64,000 nt of DNA from NCBI GenBank assembly GCA_028534125.1, contig CM052817.1, positions 50,284,001-50,348,000 on the forward strand. Reading direction: 5' to 3'. Each line of letters starts with the position of its first letter. Positions within the stretch are counted from its first letter, which is position 1. Below, piece by piece: positions 24,718 to 34,904 of the stretch. A model generated the notes under the pieces. The model worked only from the letters and a program-made list of their open reading frames with translations, was not told the origin of the DNA and ran no database searches. This DNA comes from Lama glama (lineage: Eukaryota). Position numbers and translations under genes: made by a program.

Positions 24718-26104
24718 TGGTTTGCACAGACGTAGAGGAAAGTGGTGTTTGGAGGGCACCCTATTCAGGTCTGCAGAAAGAGGAGAAAGGCGGATGGCTG
24801 GAGACTGGCAATGGAAGGCAGCCAAAGCGGACGGCACCAGGTATTATCAAGTGAGCTTTCTTTCAAGTCCTCTTCTGGCCTGACACACCTCATTTTCTGA
24901 TTTCAGAATGAAATTATGTGCAAAATGAAATTATCATTTTGCTGTGGCCTTGGATCTTGGTAGAAGTGGGATTGGGTTCCAGGTTTCCGCGCCAGAAGCC
25001 TGAGTTGCTACTTGGGACCTTTGGTTTCCTGTAAGGCAACCGACTTGCTGCCCAAGCATGCGCAATTCGCTCCCCCATCTAATGTCGGGCAGCCCCATCC
25101 CCTGCACAGCCTTTGAGCTGGTACTTGGTCCCCCACACCTGGCTGCGTGACTGAGGAGAGAATCACTACTGGACTGTGACTCTGACTAGGGTGTCTTGGT
25201 GGTGTCAGTAAGGATTGGGGTATGCCTTCTAAGTGGCATGTGCCTGGCTCCTTAAGGACGAGTCTGTTATGCGGGGCCTCCAGCACCTGGCGCTCAGGTG
25301 TTTCTCATCCAGGATTCCCCTACTGTTCCCTTTAGATCTCGCGAGACCGTCCTGTATCCGGCTTCCTCTGAGAACAGCGGTCGCGGCGGCGTCTCAGGCG
25401 GGATTCCACCGTGCTCTGAGGTGTCCCTGATGCTCCGTTCTTCCCAGCCCGTTCTCTCCCTGCGCTTCTGTCAGGACCTGCGCTTATTTCCCCTCATCCA
25501 CCCAAAGCCACAAAGATGTACCCTGAGGGATTCAACAGCACCGTTTGCCTTCCTGGAAAACGGCATACTCCACTCAGGCGGACTAGGCCCCAGCGAGCTG
25601 CCGCCATTGAGGGTGGTTTTCGTGGATGTAGAGGCAAGTGGTATTTGGAGGGCACTGTACTCAGGTCTGCAAGAAGAGGGGGAAGGAGGAAGATGGCCGG
25701 AGACTGATGATGGAAGGCAGCCAAAGCTGACAGCACCGGATATTATAAGGTGAGCTCCCAGTCAGGTCCTCTGCTGGCCTGACATATCTTATATGCTGTT
25801 TTCGGAATGGAATTGTGTGTTTAGGTTGCTGTGGCTTTGGATCTTGGCAGAGGTGGGATTGGCGTTCCAGGGTTGTGTGCCGGTAACCGGAGTTGCTACC
25901 GCTTGGCTTTTGGGTTCCTGGAAGATTTGCTGCCCAAGCATGCGCAGTTCACCCGTATTCTGACTTCCGGGCTGTTTCGCCTGGTACAGTCTTTGGGTGG
26001 AGCTTGGAACTCCACAGCTGGCTGGGCCACTGGGAGAGGCATTGCTGTACTGTGACTCTTAACTAAGGTGTCCTGGAGGTGTCGATGAGGATTGGGGCCT
26101 CAGG
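24718..26104. repeat. GC-rich diverged tandem repeat, ~1.5 copies of a ~0.9-kb unit of unknown family
   Basis: 24718-25220 aligns with 25614-26097 (offset ~896 at start): shared gtagagg.aagtggt.tttggagggcac, atggaaggcagccaaagc, ttgctgcccaagcatgcgca, actgtgactct, aggattgggg. Confidence 0.92.
25250..25625. promoter_or_regulatory. CpG-island-like segment with promoter motifs (function unproven)
   Basis: About 24 CpGs counted by eye in 25259-25622, versus CpG depletion elsewhere; TCTCGCGAGA at 25337-25346; GCCGCCATTG at 25600-25609. Confidence 0.45.
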
Positions 26105-26670
26105 GTTTACCAGAGTGATACATTTGTTTAAACTGATGAACCTACTTGGTATATCATTATCACTCAAAGTCCATAGTTTATGTTTTAATTGTCTCTTGGT
26201 GTTGTATGTACATTCTGTGGGTTTGGACAGATGTATAATGACATAGATTCATCATTACAGCACCATATAGAGCATTTACACTACCCTAAAATCCCTAAAT
26301 CCCCTGTGCTATGACTGTTCATCCCTCCCAACTCTATCCCCTGCAAACCACTGTTCTTTTTACTCTGTCCAAATACCAGATAGTTGGAATCATACAGTAT
26401 GTAGCCTCCTTCAGATGGGCTTTTTCACTAATATGAATTTAAGGTTCCCCCGTGTGTTTTCATGGCTTGATAGCTCATTTCCCTTTAATGTTGAATAATA
26501 TTCCATTCACTTTGATGGAGTATCTAAAAGTCATTGCTAGGCCCAAGGTCATTGAGGTTTACTCCGATGTCATCTTTTAAGAGTTTTACAGTTTTTCATT
26601 TTACATATATGCTTATAGTCAATTTTGAGTTAATTTTTTGTGAAGAATGTGGGGTCTATGTCTAAATTGA

Positions 26671-26722
26671 TTTCTCCTTCTCCTTCTTCTCCTTCTTCTC
26701 CTTCTCCTCCTCCTTCTTCTTT
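26671..26722. repeat. (TCC/TTC)n pyrimidine simple repeat inside L1
   Basis: Directly visible: tttctccttctccttcttctccttcttctccttctcctcctccttcttctt. Confidence 0.85.
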
Positions 26723-27946
26723 TGCATGCAGATGTCCAGTTGTTCCAGCACCATTTGTTGAAAAGACTGTCTTTTCTTCACTATATGGCCTTCGCTCCTT
26801 TGTAAAAGATCAGTTGATTCTGTTCATGTGGGTCTATTTCTGGACTCTGTTACATTGCTTTATTTGTCTATTTTTTTTGCCAATACCATGCCAATTCTTT
26901 CATCTTGATTTTTGTTGCTTTATAATCTTGAAGTCTGATAGTGACAGTCCTTCAACTTTTTCTCCTTCAATATTATATTGACAGTTCTAGATCTTTTGCT
27001 TCCCCATTTAAACTTTAGACTCAGTTTGTCAATATCCACAATATATACTTGGCTGAGAATTTGATCAAGATTTCATTGAATCTATACATGAAGTTGGGAA
27101 GAACTGACATGTTTGCAATATTGTCTTTCTGTCCATGAACATGAACTGTCTCTCCACTTATTTAGTTCTTCTTTGGTTTTGTTCATCAGAGTTTTGAGTC
27201 TTTCTCATATAGATCTTGTACATCTTCTGTTAGGTTTATACCCAAGTGTTTCATTTTTGTGAGTTCTGATGTAAATGGTATTGTTTTTAACTTCGAATTC
27301 CATTTGTCATTGCTGATGTAAAACGATTGACTTCTGTATATTAACCTCTATTCTTCATCCTTATAGTAATCACTTTTTAGTTCCAGTAGGCTTTTTTGGG
27401 TAAATTCTTTCAGATTTTCTATATAGATGATCATATCATTTGCAAAAAAGGACAGTTATTCCTTCCCAGTCATTTTATCTTTTATTTCCTTTTGTTGTCT
27501 TAACTGTGGTAGCTAGTACTTCCAGTATGATATTGAAAAGGAGTGGTGAGAGGGGACATTCTTGCCTTGTACCTTATCTTAGTGAGAAAGCTCTGAGTTT
27601 CTTACCAATAAGTATGATGTTAGCTGTAGGGTTTTCGTAAATACTCCTCATCAAGTTGAGGACTTTTTCTTCTATTCCAAATATACGGAGAGCTTTTTTC
27701 ATGGGAGTGTGTTAGGTTTTTGTCAAGTGCTTTTTCTATGTCTATTGATATGTGCATGTTATTTTTCTTTTTTAGCCTGCTGATGTAATGGATGACAGTG
27801 ATTGATTTTTGAATGTTGAACCAGCTTTGCAAACCTAGGATACATCTCACTTGGTCATTTTATACATCGTTGGATTCAGTTTGCTAACATTGTGTTGTGG
27901 GTTTTTGCATCTCTGTTCATGAGAAATATTGGTCTGTAGTTTTCTT

Positions 27947-27996
27947 TTTTTTAATTAACTGGAAAAATTTTAATGAATAAACATCAAATGTGGTTG
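27947..27996 (-). pseudogene. Probable 50-bp retrocopy of a polyadenylated RNA 3' end, parent unknown
   Basis: Flanked by 11-bp direct repeat gtagttttctt (27936-27946, 27997-28007); minus strand has ATTAAA 16 nt before an A-tract. Confidence 0.6.
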
Positions 27997-28052
27997 GTAG
28001 TTTTCTTGTAATGTTTTTGTCTGGTTTTGGTATTAGAGTAATGCATGCCTCA

Positions 28053-28800
28053 TCAGCATATCTTTTTAACTTGATGATGGGTCTTTGAATATATTCTGTA
28101 TCTGCAAAATTAATGTACATTCTGTGTTTACTAGGCATACATTTTGACATTCATTGGGTCAAATTTGTTAAAAATATAATTCTAGTTTTCTATCTCCTTT
28201 TTTTCTTTGCTTGATTAGCTTTTAGATGGAGGTGTTAGAATCTAGACTAAAACTAAAACTTGTTTTTATTTCCTGGTAATTATTTCAGTTTTTGCTTTAC
28301 ATATTTTGAGATTCTACTATTGGGAGTGTATATTCATGACTTTTGTATGTTGTCAGTATGTTGTTTCTTTTTCAGTGTGAAATTTTCATCTTTATCTCTA
28401 ATGGCATTTTTTTTAACCCTAAGTTGTATTTTGGCTGGTACATATTATTTACTATATGTTTTAATTTCTTTGTTCTCCATCAATTTGTGAATATTTCTTT
28501 GATATTTAGGTCCCTAGGATAACATACTGTTGAATTTATCTGGAAAAAATACATTTTCAGAGTTTATGTCTGATAAATGGTGAGTTATTGTAATTAATTA
28601 CATAAGGACCTATTTCTAAAACTTTATTTTGTATTCATAGTTACCATGCTTTCCTTTTTCACTTTTGATTAGTGATAAAATTTTCTTTATTCAAATTTTA
28701 TTTATAAAATAAATAATGTGGCTCCTTGGTTGGAGAGTACACTCTATTTTTAATAGTCTATTCTTTACCACTAAGACCTATAATTGTTTATTTTTCCTAA
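28053..28800 (-). mobile_element. Continuation of the old L1ME-type element (ORF2 endonuclease side)
   Basis: cagtttttgctttacatattttgagattctactattgggagtgtatattc, catctttatctctaatg, ccctaggataacatact. Confidence 0.65.
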
Positions 28801-31800
28801 CAATATAAAGCAAAAACATCAACTCATTTTCATTTTTAATTTCATCTCACCACCCCACCCCCACCCCCCCATGCCCAGTTTTCTTTCTGATTATTCATCT
28901 GGTGGGTTTGGTGCTAAGGAGGGGATCTGTGACAAGTGCCTTAGTTTACATCTTAGAGTAGACTATTTAATTGACGTTAGTGAAGTTATTTTGTGGAGTG
29001 GGATTATAGGAATGGGTAACAATTCATAATCCACAGTCTACTGTCCCTAGCCTGGTTTCTTTTCCCCTTCTCCCCTCCCTCTTTTCACTTCTCAGTCTTT
29101 CAGTCCTAGATACTCTCCACAAGCTCCAAAGACTTCTTTCTGTTGTGCAGAGATGTGTCCTCTTACTGTTAAACCTTTACATTGGCTAATACTACTCAGT
29201 CTCTTGGGAAAGACCTTCCATTTTTATCACAAATAACTGATTTTTTTCCCTTTAAAAAAACTCTTTAAGAGGATCCATAGTTCCAGCTGGGAAAATAATG
29301 GAATAGTCTCATTTTTATTACATGTGATAATTTTCATGTGCAATAAGAAGAAGTACAGTTGGAGAAGAAAGTCTATAAATATTTGTGTCTTGGGTAAATG
29401 GGAATTTGGAGGGAGCAGAGTTCTTAAAAACAAATTGATAATGATTTTTAAGATTTTTTTTCTTTAATAGTGAGAAATTCTTCTACAAGCAATTTGGTTT
29501 AACTAAAATATATTCTATAGAAGAAGTGATGATGCATATTTGGTGTGTACTATTAATGACTGGACAGAGAAAAGACTCTTTAGGAGATGGTTTCCTTTTC
29601 TATGGCAATAGCAATTTTGGGGACAAAGAGAAAGTGGCTGAAGCAGAAGGAAGCAACAGTGGGTCTCCTATTTATGGTTGTGGCCATCAAATAGGTAACT
29701 TACACCCTATACTTTTGCATAATAGGGCTTGAAAACTCCTGCTGAACTTGACTCTAAAGGTTTGCAAGCTTACAACTGATACGAAATGGTAGTATAGTTA
29801 CTTGTTTGTAAAGTGCTTTGAGATCCTTAAATAAGATGTGTTCAGTATGTGAGTTTAGAGCTTTAAAGATAAAGAGAAAACATTTGGTGGTAGATTTATC
29901 CTTTTTTTTCCTCTATTATAATTTTTTTTTTTCAGAAACATCAGGGTTTTCAGGGTCCTTTGTGGATTGCTTCTATCTTTATGGAATTCTGACTTTTAAC
30001 TAGCATCCAGACAGTGTTTGGAAACAAAACGATAACAAAAGCAACATGCAGTCACTTCTTTGTTGTGTGGGTTTTTTATTAAAAATAATTTTTTTTTTAC
30101 CTTCTAGCCTTTTATCTTTACACGTTCCTTTTTGTCTGACATTTCTGCATTCATCACCCCATGTCTGGTTGCAATAAGGCTTTTATAAGATGGATGGATG
30201 AGGAGATGACAGGAATACAGACAATTCAAGTTTTCATTTCCTTTATAGCTGGAGTTTTAATAGTTCTCTAAGTCTGTATTTATGTTCTTATCAAAACCCC
30301 CTTTTAAAAGAAACTAGATAACAGTCTTTCTTCCTATCTCATTCCCAAACTGTTTTCCATGATTCCTATTTTTTACAATATTATTAAGTCTCTGTATTAC
30401 AAAGATAAAGAGAAGTAGATTCACTTATATTCAATGAACTAACCAACTTAGTACTTGCTCAAATGCCTCAAAATCCTCTTCTCTAGAAGTCAGGGTAATT
30501 GTACTCTTAGACTTCCTTTTTCTAACTCAATGAGCAGCAGCAGCCTGTGTGTGCAGCAAGTATTCAAAAAAGAACTTTTCTGATGGGTGGTTTTGTCATT
30601 TCCAACTTGTGTTTATCTTGCTGTAGAGCTGGAAATTGGACTTGAAGCAAATTTTTTAAATGGGTAAAACATTTTCTGAGAAAGTCAATGCTGATTACAT
30701 AAGAATGACCTTTGATAGGTTATACATTTATTTTTAAAAATCCTGTTGCTCACACTGATTTTTTTCAGAATTAATATAAAAATGATGTTGTCGCACAAAA
30801 ATACTGTAAGATAATGGAAAATGAATTTCCATGAGTAGATAGTAATTCAGTTTTATTACTGCCTTGGTAACCTGTTTTTCATCTTTGGGGGAGGTATTTC
30901 CATATTATTTGGGTATGACGCAGTATACATTGCAGAGTCACAGTTATGGAGTTTATATTCAGCAAGTATTTTAGCATGGCAAAAAATCTCTAGACCCACA
31001 GTGAAGGCTCAGCCCATCATCTGGCTATTGGTCAACTTTATACCATATATATTTAGAAACCTATAACTTGAACTAATGTACATTTCAAATTTATTCCATG
31101 TTTATTCAAGTAGAATAAATGTATGGATAGCCAAAAATTTCCGTGGAATACAGTTGGTATTGTTTAACCTTGTTATCTAGTTCTGTCTTCCCTAGCCTTT
31201 GCAGTCCCTGACGTTTTTGGCATGAAGACTTGGTGTTGCAAATTTCTGAGTCAGCTCTCCGTCACTGATGGTGGTCAGTACTTTAGGAAGCCCATGGTCA
31301 GCCATAGGAGGAAGCCCTTGTTTGCTTTGCTGTTTTAAGCCTGGTGTTCATAGTAGCTGAAGTTAATCTTGGCTCCTGTGATACTTGAGAGGCAGACTTT
31401 TAAAATCATTACCGTATTTTCCACATTCATGTGATTGGGTGTCTGGTTTGATTTCCTTATTTTTTCTTTAATTCTCCTGGTGGACCTCATTACTCTAGTT
31501 TAGGGCTCTGACACTGTACAGATATCGCTTGCCACCATTTCTTCCTTTTCCATGGTGGTTGAGTCCTTATATCACCATCTATTAATGTCATTTCTGGGTT
31601 CCACTAAGAATTACCTGCCTAACTCTAAATATTGCCATTGCTTGAAAATCTTCTCTGCTCATTCACTGTATTGGATGCCCTGGATTGTAGACCCCTACAA
31701 ATACTGAACTTGAGTTCATTATACAGTTTGGACATTCTAATTTGTACCTCTGTTGAAATTCATTCCTTCATGAATATCAATTGTTTTGTATTGGCCCCTT

Positions 31801-32179
31801 TCATTTGTAGCTTCCTTATCTTTTTCTACCATTTTCTTGCTGAGATTCCAGTACATTTTAGAGCTGAATCCACTCAAGTTAGGGCATTATTATTCAATCC
31901 CTGGTTCTCAAACTATTCCAAGGCATGATTCAATAATGCATAAAAGCTTGGAGCTGAAGGCAGTTGTAATTAGTGTGTATTCCATCAGCCTCACGTCTCA
32001 CTTCAGTATCCCTTTATTACTTTTGGTAATTAGAGATCTAAAGCAGATATTTCCAGCTAAACAGTTCTATAGTTACACTAAATGCTGTGGAAAACATTGT
32101 TTTCAGCCATGCTGACTTCTAAATGGAAAAGGGGTGCTTGTATTACATGCATGTTGAACATATCATCCTCACTTCTAGG

Positions 32180-32510
32180 CCATATCTACCTACTTTCTTT
32201 TCTCTGCATATTCCATTCTATGTCTCATTTCCATGTATTTGCACTTGTGGTTCCCTCTGACTGGAACACCCTTCTCTAACTTGTTCACAGGACTAACTTC
32301 TTACTTCTGTGGTTTTACCATCAATGGCAACTTCAGGCAACATTAGGTGGTCTCCTTGGTGTTTTCAGAGATCTCTGTGCTTTCTGCTATCCTAGAACTT
32401 ACCATCCTGAATAATAATTGTTTGCCATGGCCTGTGAGCTCAGGAAGGACCACTTTCTACCTCCATTACCTAACACACATAGATACTCAGTAAATGTTAC
32501 TGAATGCAAA
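32180..32510 (+). mobile_element. L2 3' end
   Basis: tttgcacttgtggttccctctgactggaacacccttc...ctgtgagctc...catagatactcagtaaatgttactgaatg. Confidence 0.75.
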
Positions 32511-32780
32511 AATGTATTTCTCCTGATGTGGTAGACGTTAGGGTTTAGATGTTTCAACACAAGATATTTCGTTAATTCTTATCTAGTTCAAAATCTTTTA
32601 AAAAATATACTCTAAAAGGATTTTTGCATACTTTTCATTAACAACAACTTTTGAAAAAGAAATAAATGAATTGGAAATAGTTTTTTGACAGTATTATATC
32701 AGGAATTTCAGGTATCACTGTACTTCATTTTACCCTGAGTTTTTTTGTGTCATCCTAATGGTATACATATTTGAACGTTA

Positions 32781-33753
32781 TTTTTCAGGTTTATTGAGGT
32801 ATAATTGACAAATAAAATTGTAAGATATTTAAAGTTTACATCATAGTGATTTGATATGTGTATACATTGTGAAATTACCATCACCTAGTTAATTAACACG
32901 TCCATGACCTCACATACTTATTTATTTGGTGAGAACATTTAAGTTCTAATCACTTAGCAAATTTCAATGATTTAATACAGTGTTATCAATTATAGGCACC
33001 ATGTTTTAAAGTATATCCTCAGACTTCATTCATCTTATGGCTGAAAGTTTGTACCCTTTTACTAAATTCTCTCTCTTACCTCCCAGCCCTTGGCAGCCTT
33101 TCTAAGGCTCTGACTTTTTTTTTTTTTTTAAGATTCTACATATAAGTAATACCACATACTATTTGTCTATTTCTATCTGGCTTAATTCACTTAGAATATG
33201 ACCTTAAAGTCCATTTATCTTGTCATAAATGACATGATTTCTTCTTTCTCATGGCTGAATAATAATCCACTTTGTGTGTGCGTATGTGTGTATAGCACAT
33301 CTTTCTTATCTGTTTATCCATTGATGGACACTTAGGTCATTTCCATAGCTTGTGTGTTGTAAATAATACTGCAGTGACCATGGGAGGGCAGATATCTTTT
33401 TGCCATCATGTTTTAGTTTCCTTTGGGTATACACCCAGAAGTGGGGTTGCTGGATCATATGGTAGTTCTATTTTTAGTTTTTTGAGGAACCTCCATACTG
33501 TTTCCCATAGTGGTTGCAACAGTTTATATTCCTATCAATAGTTCACAAGAGTTTCTTTTTCTCCACATCCTTGCCAACATTTGTTATCTGTTGTCTTTTT
33601 GATGATAACCATTCCAAGAGATACGAGGTGATAACCTTGTTGTGATTTTGATTTGCATTTCCCTGATTAGTGATGTTGAGCACCTTTTCATATACCAGGT
33701 ATATGAAGACTATTTGTCTTCTGTTGAAAAATGTCTACCTAATTCCTCTGCCC
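32781..33753 (-). mobile_element. L1MA9-like 3' end
   Basis: tttattgaggtataattgacaaataaaattgtaagatatttaaag...ggtgagaacatttaag...cttagcaaatttcaa...tttttgaggaacctccatactg. Confidence 0.9.
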
Positions 33754-33934
33754 AAGTAGTATATACTTGAATATTTTAATAATGTTTTTATAAAGATGTG
33801 ACCCTTGAAGTAAAAATATCAAATACCAGAAAATTATCATTATTTTACAAATATTTCCACATTTCCATAAATTTACAAATTGGTTATATGTTAATATTCT
33901 GTGTGTATATAAAAATATGATATATGATACAGCT

Positions 33935-34078
33935 ACCAGTTAGGGGAAGGACAGATTGATGGATACTGTAGGGACAGCCTTCTCAGTAAGTGCAGAAAAA
34001 TAAAGCTGAATGCCTACCTGGCACCATAAATACAGTCCTCAGTTTAATTAAAGATCTAAATGTGGAAGTAAAAATTAT
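33935..34078 (+). mobile_element. Old L1 ORF2 fragment, sense
   Basis: ggggaaggacag...aaaaataaagctgaatgcctacc...ttaaagatctaaatgtg. Confidence 0.6.
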
Positions 34079-34079
34079 G

Positions 34080-34900
34080 ATTCTATTTTTAAACTTATTT
34101 TGCACCATTGTTTTACTTGTTCCTAAGTAAGCATCATATATATTTTTATTATAATTTTTGTAGTATGCCTTAATATTTGGTAAAGTGATTCACCTCTGTG
34201 TTTTCCTTTTTCTCAGTTGACTTATTCAGTGATGTTTACTCTTCCATATAAATTTGAGAATAGATTTGTCAAGTTCTTCAAAAGATCTGGCTATAATATT
34301 GATAAAAATTACATTGAGTATGTGGATTAATCTGAGATAACTGATCTAATAAGTGTTAAATTATCACATTCAAAAACATGCATTTCTAGTTTTCAAATCT
34401 TTCTTTTGCCTTTTAAGACAAACAAAAATGTAATTTCATGTGCTTTAATAGAGTTTTAATTGATTTAAAAGATTATTTGATAATTCTTAGGTAGTTATTT
34501 AAACTTTGTATTGCTATTTTGGGTGTCTCAAATTGTACAAGATTTTCCAGGTAGTCATCACTGATATAGAGAAATAGTATTCATTTTTAAAGTTGAACTT
34601 GCACGTTGCAATATTGTTAAGCATTCTCATTAGTTTTAACAGTTTGCATATTGATATATTTCAATGTGTATGTAAATAATGTCTGCAAATGATGAAAGTT
34701 TAATTTATCCCCTTTTAATACTTAAAACTTTTTCACCCTTTTATCATATTAAAGAGTTGGCAAAAAAAAAAAAAAAAGAAAAGAGTTGGCAAGGCCCTCC
34801 AGTATTACGTTAAATAGTAATGGTATTTGTGGGCATGTGGTGTTTTTCTGTTCTTGATGGGAAGGCATCTAAATTGTTATATTCAGAATATAAATTGTTC
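34080..34900 (-). mobile_element. Old L1ME-type ORF2 fragment
   Basis: ctcttccatataaatttgagaatagatttgtcaagttc, gtctgcaaatgatgaaagttt, gccctccagtattacgttaaatag. Confidence 0.7.
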
Positions 34901-34904
34901 TGGT

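Larger units (their letters stand above)
26108..28052 (-). mobile_element. L1MC1/L1MC2-like element (3' UTR, internal deletion near 26510, ORF2 RT region)
   Basis: ccagagtgatacatttgtt...tcattatcactcaaagtccatag...catggcttgatagctcattt; minus ORFs give RT-like [15 protein letters not shown]...[12 protein letters not shown] and ITLIPKPDKNITRK. Confidence 0.9.

Noticed and set aside
25298..25753. Longest ORF (151 aa)
   Set aside because: Non-ATG start, no recognisable domain; long ORFs are expected in GC-rich sequence.
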